Shown piece after piece: positions 54,012 to 64,000 of a stretch of DNA of 64,000 nt; the first letter of the stretch is position 1; the number at the start of each line of letters is the position of its first letter. The DNA is from Naegleria gruberi (lineage: Eukaryota): assembly GCA_000004985.1 (NCBI GenBank), contig GG738895.1; one strand, given 5' to 3'. A program made the translations under genes and the position numbers. A model generated the notes under the pieces. It saw only the letters and a list, made by a program, of their open reading frames with translations, did no database searches and was not told the origin of the DNA.

Positions 54012-54772
54012 TCTTATTATTATTCATTTAAAGATTGTTATTTATGCATATATTAGTGTCGGTTGTGGATTTAATGTCAAAGTATTAGTAGTAGTAGTAG
54101 AAGTAGTATATAGAGTAGTCGCGTTATAGAGTAGTATATATGTTTTGAAGAGAGAGAAATGTGGTGTTGCGGAAAAGATTATTGTGTGTGGCTGTGTGAG
54201 GAGTAAGAGAAAGAGAAGTGAGAGAAAGTGTTGAAATTTTTTTTGAAGCACATTGACGCTAATAAATTGCCACTTTAAATTATTTTAAAAATAACTTAAG
54301 GCGATGAATTCGCTCACCCGAATAATCACAACATCAATACACAACAACCCAAATGTTGCAGCAAAGGCTTTCCATCTTTGCTCAAATGCACGAATACGTC
54401 ATTGAAACCGAATGCCGAAAAATAATTTCCAAGAAACTTCGTACACTTGACTGCAGCTGTATTGTAGAGTGCAAAATTATCGAGTTAAAATATTGTTGGT
54501 GAGAGAGAAAACCCAAAATGAAAACTTCAAACTTTCTCTCATAATTTAGATTTATTTGGAAAGATGCTCATGCATTAAATTGTTGAACATTGTACAATAT
54601 AGTATTACTGTAATATGTAGATTCAATGTAGAGATATATTATTGTAAAGTTTCAATATTGTCATCTTGATTATTCAACCATTCTCAAGCAGTGTGCGGAT
54701 TAAAATTAATACTCCCTCTTCCATTATGTCAATTAATAAAAATAAAAATTAATAATTGATAAAATTAAAAAA

Positions 54773-55182
54773 ATGCCAGTTGATCACGTAGTATTTTTCA
54801 AATTAAAAGAAGGTTTGTAGTACATTAATATTACAAAATATTTTGATCATTTAATTTTAAATATATAAAAATCTAATCTTATTAATATTAATAATAATAA
54901 TAATAATAATATATTAAAATAATAGTATCGGAACAAGTAGAAGAATCATTAACTAAACAAATTAATGAATTAGTTAATAAAATTGAAGGAGTACAATCTA
55001 TTTCATTTGGTAGAAATATTACACCAGATAGATCACAAGGTTTCACTCATGCATTACGTGCCACATTTGATTCTAAAGAAATTATTCAAAAATATGCTGT
55101 ACATCCTGAACATGTTAAAGTAGTTGTACAATTGAAGGAATTATTTGATGCTCCTCCTATTTGTTTAGATTGGGAATTTTAA
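54773..55182 (+). CDS. Stress-responsive Dabb (dimeric alpha/beta barrel) protein. 2 exons (54773..54812, 54926..55182)
   Basis: Spliced product MPVDHVVFFKLKEGVSEQVEESLTKQINELVNKIEGVQSISFGRNITPDRSQGFTHALRATFDSKEIIQKYAVHPEHVKVVVQLKELFDAPPICLDWEF matches the Dabb pattern (VHxVLFKLK ... pdRs.GfTH ... YxxHPxH). Phase-1 intron with (AAT)n. Confidence 0.75.
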
Positions 55183-55454
55183 TATTGATTAGAAATTATG
55201 AATTGATTGACTTGCAATAATTTGATTAAATATTTTTATTGTTGATTTTATTTGAAACCAAAATTATTAAAAATGAAAACAATTTAAATTTTCATCAAGA
55301 TATGAAATGATCATTGGTGAACAATGATGAAACATCAGCTTTATTTACATCACAGACCTGTACAGAAGTTAAATTGTTGATTAGCCTTTATTCTGACTCT
55401 TTACATTGTTACTTTCAATAATGACCATGTCATTAATATTAATATTTTAATAGA

Positions 55455-55961
55455 ATGACCAATATTTTAGTATTAAAACAAAAATATGTTATTTTCAAAT
55501 TAAAAAAAATATTCAAAGTCACTCTCGCAGAGTCACTCTATCACGCACTTGTAAATATGTACCCACAACATTCCGATATGATGATAATATCATCTAATTG
55601 TTGTAGTAGTAGTAGTAGTAATAATAGTAATACATTAACTTTATCAACAACAAGTAGTTGTAAAAATTCCATTCTAGGAGATTTACCTGTATATAATTCA
55701 AAGAATTTTTCAAATCCAAATCCAAGATCAAATTTAAATCCACCTAAATTAATATTTAATCATTCAAAACCTAAACAAATTGTAACAACAGAAAGAATTT
55801 CATTATTACAACGATCTTTTGAAAAATTAAATCAACATTCTAATAATAATACATCTAATAATAATAGCAATAATAATAATAATAATAATAATAATTTAAA
55901 GAGAGGAAATGATTTAACAAATTTAAATGAAAAACCAACAAAATTATTAAAATATAATTAA
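55455..55961 (+). CDS. Hypothetical Asn/Ser-rich small protein. True start may be the internal Met (MYPQHSDMM..)
   Basis: ORF only. Low-complexity. Weak. Confidence 0.2.
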   Translation: MTNILVLKQKYVIFKLKKIFKVTLAESLYHALVNMYPQHSDMMIISSNCCSSSSSNNSNTLTLSTTSSCKNSILGDLPVYNSKNFSNPNPRSNLNPPKLIFNHSKPKQIVTTERISLLQRSFEKLNQHSNNNTSNNNSNNNNNNNNNLKRGNDLTNLNEKPTKLLKYN

Positions 55962-56039
55962 AATTTATTTCCAAAATTCAGAGATTTATAAAATCAATCT
56001 CTCTCATCATTATCATTTAATAAACAATTTAAATAAAAA

Positions 56040-57119
56040 TTATTTTTTTAAATTTAAAGTCATTTGTGGAACAATTTCAAATAAATCACCAACAATACCA
56101 TAATCAGCAACTTGGAATATTGGAGCTTCCTTATCCTTATTAATAGCAACAATTACTTTAGAATCCTTCATACCAGCTAAATGTTGAATAGCACCACTAA
56201 CACCAACAGCAATATATAATTCAGGAGCAACAACTTTACCAGTTTGACCAACTTGTAAATCATTTGAAACATATCCATCATCAACTGCTGCTCTTGTTGC
56301 ACCAACTGCACAATTACCCATAGCATCTGCTAATTCATATAAATATTTAAAATTATCACCATTCTTTAATCCACGTCCACCACTAACAATACGTTGAGCT
56401 TGTAATAAATCTGGTCTACTTGATGCTCCATTTTCATTAGCATTGATTCTATTTAAAAGTTTTGGTGTCTTTTCACTTTTAATTTCAATACTTTCAATAA
56501 TAACATTGCTATTATTACTACTACCATTGCTGCTACTATTATTTAAACCATTTGAATCTTTATCAAATGAAGTTGGACGTACAGTCATAATGAGTGGTAA
56601 ATTTTGTTTTGGTTTAAATTTAATTTGAGCTAAAGCATTACCAGCATAAATTGGTTTAATAAATTCATAATCATTTAAAATTTGAATAATATCAACAATA
56701 GGTTGTGATTTTAATTGTGATCCTAATTTTGGTAAAATATTCTTTGTAAATACAGTATGACTACCAATAACATGTTTAATATCTTGTTGATTATTTTGAA
56801 TATATTTTAATAAGGCTTGTTCATATTCTTCAGCAACTTGATATTCTTGATTAATATGAATTAATTTATGAAAATGTTTACTTGCTTCTTTAACAAGATT
56901 TTCATTCTTTGTTACAATAAATCCTAATAATTCTTCATTATTTAATTGTTTAGCTGCTTTAATTCCAGAATAAACAGATGGATTAATTTGTTTTTCATCA
57001 TGTTCAACTAATAATAATGTACTCTTATCAGCTGATGAATATTTAATTTGACAATTCTTAACTTGTTGAGAAAGTTTAGAACGATGTAAATTTTGTTGAA
57101 TAAAACGACGAGAAAGCAT
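56040..57119 (-). CDS. etfA: Electron transfer flavoprotein alpha subunit (ETFA), mitochondrial
   Basis: C-terminal FAD-binding domain [102 protein letters not shown]-terminal presequence. Species-specific [16 protein letters not shown] insert. Confidence 0.9.
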   Translation of the reverse strand: MLSRRFIQQNLHRSKLSQQVKNCQIKYSSADKSTLLLVEHDEKQINPSVYSGIKAAKQLNNEELLGFIVTKNENLVKEASKHFHKLIHINQEYQVAEEYEQALLKYIQNNQQDIKHVIGSHTVFTKNILPKLGSQLKSQPIVDIIQILNDYEFIKPIYAGNALAQIKFKPKQNLPLIMTVRPTSFDKDSNGLNNSSSNGSSNNSNVIIESIEIKSEKTPKLLNRINANENGASSRPDLLQAQRIVSGGRGLKNGDNFKYLYELADAMGNCAVGATRAAVDDGYVSNDLQVGQTGKVVAPELYIAVGVSGAIQHLAGMKDSKVIVAINKDKEAPIFQVADYGIVGDLFEIVPQMTLNLKK

Positions 57120-57650
57120 TTTTTTTTAAATAAATCTATTACTACTACTGTTACTATTAGTATTGATGATGTAGTGATGTGATGGTATTTTTTTTTAAAA
57201 GAAAATATTTTGAAAATATTTTTTATTTTTTGAAAATTCAAACACGGCTTTGTGTTGACTGTCAGTTAACTTCAAGGATACAAAGAGTTAATAATAATTA
57301 AATTATCATCAATCAGTACATATCAAAAAAGTATTAAAAGTATTTTATGTATTGATTTGAATGTTCTAAAATTTTACAATTGAATGTTGTGTGGTAGTTG
57401 ATATTTTGAAAAATGATTCTCAAATAGTAAAAGTACTAGATAGACATTTACATATCATCATTACTCTTATAATGATTGTCATAATAATTAACATTAATGA
57501 TCACAATCCTTTTTTATATATTAAATATAATCATCATTGTATTCATTGAAATGTGTGTATCACACAGAGTTATTATTAAATTGTTGTGTGTGATAAATTT
57601 TACCTATCCAAAATTTATCAAAGAAGGCTCTGAAAAAATTGATTTAAAAA

Positions 57651-59420
57651 ATGATTCAACAACACAATCATCCACAGAATCAACAACAACAACAACAATA
57701 TCATTCCACTTCTTCTTCTCATTCTAATAATAATAATACTAGTAATAGTAGTAATAATAATGGAAGTAATTTAAGTGGTAATTTAAATGGATTGGAATAC
57801 AATAATTTATTATCAGCGGGTAATACAATGAATGGATTGAATCATCATCATCATAATAATAATAATGGATCAACAATTAATCGTAATAATAATAATTTAA
57901 ATTCATCATCATTTAGTACAACAACAACAAATAATAATAATAATAATAATAATATAACATCATCATTATCAATGAATAGTTTATTTCAAAATCATCATTT
58001 ACGTAATTTTTTATTATTATATTTACTATTTAATATAGTATTAAAATATTTTTATATTTATCCAACTAATGAATATAATTATAATATATTAATATTACAA
58101 TGTACTTTTATATTTCAGAAATATTTAAGAAATTATTATCAAAATTCTATTGAAGATGTTATTCAACATAAACATTCTTTAATTACAAATAATAATAATA
58201 ATATTAATATTCATAATAATAGTAGTACTCATAATAGTAGTAATAATGGTAATTCAACATTAACATCATCATCATCGGTATCATCGCATCATGGTAATAA
58301 TTCATCTACATTTGGATCATCATCATTAAAATCATCATTATCTAATAATAATAATAATAATACTACTACTACTTCTCATCAATCTATTAATTATAATAAT
58401 AATAATAATAATAATACTAGTAATACTACAAATAATATATCAAATCAACAACAAAATCAATCATTTATATATAAATGTATTGCAATTATACATTTTTTAA
58501 TGACATTAATAAGTATTTATTATAGTATATTCTATATATGGTTACAATATAGTATATTTCATTTAATATTATATTTTTTACCAAATATAATATATTATAC
58601 AATATATTTAAAAATACATAGAAATAATGATTTAAAAAATAATAATACACAAATTAATACTAAAATGAATAGTAAAATGTTTTTATTAATATTTATTAAT
58701 ATGGTATTATTACCATCTATAGAAACAACATATTATATATGGATATATCCATTATTATTTTTACCACCAATTGCAGAACATCAAATAACATCAATGATTA
58801 ATATTGGAAATGTTATGAATTTACAATATATTTTATTTTTAATTATTCATTATATTAATATGTTAGTTTTACATTGTTGGATATATTTAGATATACATAT
58901 TCATTATATTTATTCACATATGAAACATATTGGCTGTTGGAAGAGAGAATTTAAAATTATTAAAAATAATTTAAATAATTCTAATAATTTAAATCATAAT
59001 TCTAATAATAGTAATCATTCTAATAATAGTCATGGAAATAATGAAAATGAAAATTGGAGAAATGATAAATCATATTCATGTAATCAAATAGTACAATTTA
59101 ATAATTATTTATTTAGATCAATTGGTAAAAAATTTAATAGAAATAGACCTGATAATATTTATGATTTAATTCTATATATGGTATTTTATCCATTTAAAAT
59201 ATGTTATTTAAATTTAAATTTATATAGTTTTATTTTATTATTTATTTTATTTAATTGTACTATTGTTTTATTTTTATCATTTTTTTATCATTTATTATTT
59301 TCTTTTAATAATCAATATTTTATTTATTTTATTTTAATTTTATGGAATTTTTATTTAATTAATAAGAGTATTGAAAAAACTGTTCAATCAAATAAACATT
59401 TAATCATTAAAAATGATTAA
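57651..59420 (+). CDS. Asn-rich multi-pass membrane protein (hypothetical), 589 aa
   Basis: Long ORF. N-terminal QQQQQQ/NNNN tracts followed by several hydrophobic, aromatic-rich predicted TM segments. No recognisable family. Confidence 0.4.
   Translation: MIQQHNHPQNQQQQQQYHSTSSSHSNNNNTSNSSNNNGSNLSGNLNGLEYNNLLSAGNTMNGLNHHHHNNNNGSTINRNNNNLNSSSFSTTTTNNNNNNNNITSSLSMNSLFQNHHLRNFLLLYLLFNIVLKYFYIYPTNEYNYNILILQCTFIFQKYLRNYYQNSIEDVIQHKHSLITNNNNNINIHNNSSTHNSSNNGNSTLTSSSSVSSHHGNNSSTFGSSSLKSSLSNNNNNNTTTTSHQSINYNNNNNNNTSNTTNNISNQQQNQSFIYKCIAIIHFLMTLISIYYSIFYIWLQYSIFHLILYFLPNIIYYTIYLKIHRNNDLKNNNTQINTKMNSKMFLLIFINMVLLPSIETTYYIWIYPLLFLPPIAEHQITSMINIGNVMNLQYILFLIIHYINMLVLHCWIYLDIHIHYIYSHMKHIGCWKREFKIIKNNLNNSNNLNHNSNNSNHSNNSHGNNENENWRNDKSYSCNQIVQFNNYLFRSIGKKFNRNRPDNIYDLILYMVFYPFKICYLNLNLYSFILLFILFNCTIVLFLSFFYHLLFSFNNQYFIYFILILWNFYLINKSIEKTVQSNKHLIIKND
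57715..57965. repeat. (AAT)n / (AATAGT)n microsatellite-rich stretch encoding poly-Asn/Ser at the 5' end of the 57651 ORF. Similar tracts occur at 27990-28020, 55600-55640, 55850-55900 and 62440-62470 (CAT)n
   Basis: Direct observation of trinucleotide periodicity. Confidence 0.8.
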
Positions 59421-60222
59421 TATTTTATTTATTAATTTTTTATTGATTAAATTTTTAAATTGGAGTGTCAATAAACAAAAAAGAACATGGGTTATGAAAT
59501 TGATATAAAGAATTCCAAACATACATCAAGGTTGGTCATTAAGCCAAAATCTCTTATAATAAATAAAAAATTAATTGTGGCACCAATTTTGTGAAAAGCA
59601 AAATGTAGCAAAATTTCAAACAACTTATTTTATAGATATTCAATTATTTCTTTTCATAGGCAGTTCCCATTTTCAAAGCCATATCATCAACATCTGTGTT
59701 TGAGGTGTGTTGTAAATAATCACTATTAATTTTACATATCATTACACAAAACGAACAGATATATAATCAGTGTATCCGAAATACATTTGCAGGCAAAATA
59801 ATCATGAACTTAGGTTATACAGAGACAGTTAGGTATGGTGCAATTATATCAATACATACAGACTTCTAATCAATTTATTATAATCTCTACTATAATCTAT
59901 ATATTAATAATGCTGGATACTTGTCATTGGAAATATGTATATCAGCCACTATATCATGTTACTATTGTCCTTCATAATTGGTTACGCAATATAGAGCCTT
60001 TTGCAAGTACTATATTACCTCCTTGTGGATATCTTAAGTACACAGTTGTTCAATGCTGAACAATTACCTAATATTTTCAGCTTCACTTACATCATTTCAT
60101 TTAATGACTAGAAACTATATTTTCTATTATAAATGATATTGTGAGGGATCAGGCAATTTACTACTATAATTACAAACGTACATTTGAATTTGTTCAACTT
60201 GGTCCAACTAATTGCCAAACCA

Positions 60223-60380
60223 CTACGAGCCAACCACTCACAAAATATCGTCGAGCTGTAATTAGAATACACGTGGAGGCTGCTGGTTAAACCCTTTAGA
60301 AAATACAAATGGCAACTGGAAAAACAACAAAAACCACCAACTTTTCTAATGTACAACTCGACGACCGCTTGGCTCGTAGT
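60223..60380. repeat. Imperfect inverted repeat (about 13+8 bp arms flanking a ~110-bp loop) in a gene-poor, moderately-GC region
   Basis: cactacgagccaa at 60223-60235 pairs with ttggctcgtagtg at 60368-60380. Inner arms cgtcgag (60249-60255) / ctcgacg (60358-60364). Confidence 0.5.
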
Positions 60381-60545
60381 GAATTTGAAAATAGTAGGAT
60401 TGATTGTGGACGAACTTCAAATGGACTAGGGCAAACCTAGGTGTTTTAGGAACTAGATTAATTTCAAGCTGTACTGATTTAAAAATTGGTATTTACACCT
60501 CACAATACCAATTAAGTAATCTTCATATAAAGAGAAGCAATTAAT

Positions 60546-61030
60546 TTATTGTTGAATACGAGTAACACTTGCTAGAAGACGATTCAATCCTTGTGCCAAA
60601 CCCATATAAGCACTGGTACCTTCATCACCTTCCAAAGGATTTTTAATACTTAAAATCATTCTTGTTACTCTACATATTAATGCTTTGATGTAATTGTTGG
60701 GTTCAGTTATAGTTGCAGCATCAAAAACTAATTGCATTATTGTTCTGAACAAGTACTCTTGTTGTTGAACTCTAACTGGAATCAACAATTTTATGATTAT
60801 CACAAATAGTACAGATGGAGAACATATCATCAACCGAATTTATTGTACAATTACCTTATGACTTCCTTGTATATTGTTAGAGTGTTGATTGATGAAGTGG
60901 AAATGTTTTACACCATTCTTATATCTTTACTGAATGAATTTATTAGAGATGTTGTACATGAGCAGTGCGATCATGGTATTGTGTTTTTTAAACAGAATGA
61001 AATTCTGAAATTCAGCACCCATCTTATCTA
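60546..61030 (-). CDS. Small multi-exon gene of unknown function (C-terminal exon 60770..60546; upstream exons with GTAAAG/GTAATT donors around 60934 and 60860)
   Basis: C-terminal exon ...VRVQQQEYLFRTIMQLVFDAATITEPNNYIKALICRVTRMILSIKNPLEGDEGTSAYMGLAQGLNRLLASVTRIQQ is preceded by acceptor ..gattccag. Upstream minus-strand ORF ...TIYWISENDENELDKMGAEFQNFILFKKHNTMIALLMYNISNKFIQ ends at a gtaaag donor. Phases not reconciled. Model incomplete. Confidence 0.25.
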
Positions 61031-62403
61031 ATTCATTTTCATCATTCTCACTTATCCAGTAAATTGTTATTTCACTTTATGGGATTGATTTGCAAAGGCT
61101 GAGAAGAAGATAGAACAGAGTCTATATTTCCGTTCAATGTTATGAAGAAGAATTGGAAAGAAATGAGAATGCAACTGATTTGTTCCCAAATAGACATAAT
61201 TGAATATGATTATCCATTTTTAATTCCTGCTAGGAAGACTTTATGAATGGTTTTACGCAGAGACAATTGGTTTCATTAATATGTAGGGGATATTGGGAAA
61301 TTTATGAAAGGGGAAGAAGAGACAACTCTCAGATCTAAAAGTTATTCGGATCTGGACGAGAATAGCCTTGGTCCACTATTAAAGGCTAGAGCTGGTTTAA
61401 AGAAAGTGGTTTGAGAAGTGTTAAAGTTGCTTCAGATTTCACACACCTCCATCTCAATCCTCAAATGATAACAAATCAAATATTTTAGAATCTCCAACGA
61501 TATTAAATTCGACTGAAGAGAAAAGCGAAGTAATTATTGAAGAGAAGGTCACTCTGGTGGAAGATGTTAGCCAATTAACATTTGGTGATGTTGAAGAAAT
61601 GAAATCAGATCCAGTAATTGTTACTCAACAAGTCAGTGAAACTTTACCAGCAGACATGGATTCAACGATCGTTGAAAACATATTACCTCACGAAGTTATT
61701 AGAAGCTCCAAAGTTTCAGACATAGCCTCTCCAATTGAAAAAATTGAAAATCTACAAGAGAATGAAGTATCTACTAAAAAACAGAAGATTCCAACAATGC
61801 TTCCAATTTCGCAACACAAGAATTGAAAAGATTGCAGGGAATGAAATTCTTACCTCAGAAGTTCAAGGGTGTCAATGAAACAGATTTCACTGAGAAAAAC
61901 CCTATAGTGAAAATGATAGTAATATGGAAGACAAAATGGAAAGCAAGGATAATTTAATACCTCAACAGGTAGACAGAATTTGAACCCTTATATCATAAAC
62001 TATTGTTGTTTTGAAATATTGAGTTTGATCAAAATTAAATTGTATTTGTATTTTCTTAATTGGAGTTTTAATGAATCCATTAAAAACTTGACTATGATGA
62101 AGAAATATTATAATATTTGTTATTCGGGATTAGAGAAAACTCATACAATAACAAATTTAGTAATCTACTTATTATTTAATGATGATGATCTAATATCCAT
62201 CTAACTTGTTAGAGATTAATTGTAATAAAAAATTATCAACTTTGTCAGTCAATAACTCTACTGTATATTGATTTGTCAATTGTCATCACATTAAAAAAAA
62301 CAATAAAAAGTTCTTTAAAAAATTACCATTTGTCAAACGGAAATTAAAAGGAAATTAAAAGTGTTCAGTATTATTTTCATTCATTCAAAAAGGAATCAAC
62401 ACA

Positions 62404-63926
62404 AATATAATGGGAATTAAACAAACAAAAACCAACAATTCATCATCATCATCATCATTAAATAATAATACTAATAATAATAATAATACATCAATAGAAT
62501 ATGGTGATAATTTATTAAAAAAGAAATATCTACATTAGGTGAATTATATTCCTTTTTTGTACAATCTATTGAATGTTTATTTGAATTACATGAAAAATAT
62601 AAAATTATACATAGAGATGTTAAATTAAATAATATTTTATTTAAATTAATTTTTAATTCTAAATTTAATGAAAATCAATATCAATTCATGTTATGTGATT
62701 TTAATGTTTCTAAATTTATTAATGAAAATAATGAAAATTTAAATAATAATTTAAATAATAATTTAAATAATATAAATAATAATAATAATATAAATAATAA
62801 TAATAATAATGAAATGATATCATTAAGATCAACTATAGTAGGATCATCTATTTTTATGCCAAGTGAAATTGTATTTTCCAATGAATATACAACTAAAGTA
62901 GATATATATAGTATGGGAGTTGTTTTTATTTTATTATTTTCAATGTTAAATAAACAAGATATAGATGTTATATTTAATAATTATTATGAAGATAATAATA
63001 ATCAAAATAATTTTATTAATCAAAATAAAAATATTTATAATAATTCTTATTATAGTAATAATAATAATAATAATACATTTATAAATAATCAAAATATATT
63101 AAATACAAGTTTATCAAATAATCAAAATAATAATATATATAATGATTCTACTAAAATAGAAATAAATACATTATTAGAAAATATTTCATCTAAATATTAT
63201 TTAAATATTCCTATAATTGGAAATATATTATTTGATATGATTAAATATTATCAAGAAAGACCATCAAGTAGTGAAATTTATTTAAATAATTTAGATTTTA
63301 TATTTTTATATTATATTGTAAATGGTAATTTAAATTATATAAATGGAAATTTACAAATATTTTTAAAAAATCAACAAAAATATTTAAAAGAAAGTGAAAA
63401 TATAATAATTTCAATTATAGAAAATACAGAATTAAATGAATGTACATGTTATGATATTCAAATTATTTGTAATTGTTTAAATTTAATTTTATTTTTAAAT
63501 AATTTACAAAATGAAAATACATTTTCAGATTATTTAATTAAAAATACTAAAATTAGTAAAATATTAATGAAATGGATAATACAATCAGATATTTCAATTA
63601 AAAAATATTTAATTTTTATAAATCATTGTATAAATTATTTTAAATATATTGATATTAATACTATTATAGAAATATTAATTGAAAATTTAAATGAAAATTT
63701 TAATTTAAATACAATTAAATATTTTATTCAAATTTATTATTATTTTATTGATAATAAAAATAATGATAAAATAGATAATGATATTTTAATAATAGATGAA
63801 TTAAATTTAATTAATTATTTTAAATTAAATAATAATAATAATATTAATCAATTAATTAAACAATTATTATTAAAATATCAAAATAATAATTTAATAATAC
63901 AAGATTTAATAAATCAATTAAAATAA
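62404..63926 (+). CDS. Protein kinase C-lobe-only protein (N-lobe absent) with Asn-rich C-terminal extension. Possible frameshift or intron near 62525
   Basis: MGIKQTKTNNSSSSSSLNNN... then (frame +1 after an A6 run) ...GELYSFFVQSIECLFELHEKYKIIHRDVKLNNILF (catalytic loop), ...LCDFNVSKFI (DFG-equivalent DFN), ...STIVGSSIFMPSEIVFSNEYTTKVDIYSMGVVFILLFS (activation/APE region). No Gly-loop, VAIK or alphaC-Glu is found upstream. Confidence 0.45.
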
Positions 63927-64000
63927 TTTGTTTTTAAAAAATATAATTTCGAGTTTACACAAATATATATAATAATAGAATTAATAAAATTACAAAAGAA

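Noticed and set aside
60180-60470. tRNA or snRNA gene in the GC-richer segment containing the inverted repeat
   Set aside because: No cloverleaf-compatible T-arm (GTTCGA/GGTTCRANYC) or Sm site, and no U-snRNA 5' consensus, could be found by eye. Only the inverted repeat itself is reported.
60843-61031. Plus-strand ORF MYNYLMTSLYIVRV... as a gene
   Set aside because: It is antisense to minus-strand exons that have proper splice signals. The composition is low-complexity.
1-64000. Prokaryotic interpretation (operons, CRISPR, defence systems) prompted by the bacterial-style ORF track
   Set aside because: Coding regions are interrupted by short GT..AG introns with correct phase. Proteins are eukaryote-specific (Arp6, Pol epsilon, Sas10, KRTCAP2, NT-C2, SAP, F-box). 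Poly-Asn tracts and AT-rich spacers fit a dictyostelid nuclear genome. No direct-repeat/spacer arrays were seen.

Overview
This window reads as eukaryotic nuclear DNA, most likely from a dictyostelid social amoeba. It is AT-rich, with frequent poly-Asn/Gln/Ser coding tracts and (AAT)n runs, short GT..AG introns (mostly 40-60 nt, some phase-verified by hand) and genes packed on both strands. The ORF track uses bacterial alternative start codons, so many listed 'M' starts are really TTG/GTG/CTG. Gene models below were rebuilt by hand-splicing. I can support about 30 protein-coding genes. Confident ones: DNA polymerase epsilon catalytic subunit (intronless, 6.5 kb), threonyl-tRNA synthetase, TRM1 tRNA methyltransferase, ETF-alpha, succinate-semialdehyde-type ALDH, M28 peptidase, PITH-domain protein, cycloeucalenol cycloisomerase, NDUFA6/LYRM6, Arp6, Sas10/Utp3, IER3IP1/Yos1, KRTCAP2, a Dabb stress protein, a divergent tubulin, two giant coiled-coil proteins and several Asn-rich hypotheticals. 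The most unusual gene (13339-15423) encodes SAM + PB1 + two tandem PAS domains. Both PAS domains closely match the heme-binding O2-sensor PAS domain of rhizobial FixL, including the proximal-His motif, and there is no kinase output. It is a candidate eukaryotic heme-PAS gas sensor, possibly of bacterial origin, wired into SAM/PB1 scaffolding. Other noteworthy items: an F-box protein fused to a permuted papain-like (NCxHF) domain; a divergent tubulin whose in-frame TAA is removed by a 42-nt GTAAGT intron; an NT-C2 gene abutting a >1000-aa coiled-coil gene; a kinase missing its N-lobe; a pseudokinase-TPR protein; and a 3-kb moderately-GC stretch (59.5-62.3 kb) with tiny-exon genes and an imperfect inverted repeat. 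No rRNA, tRNA, CRISPR or clear transposon was detected by eye.
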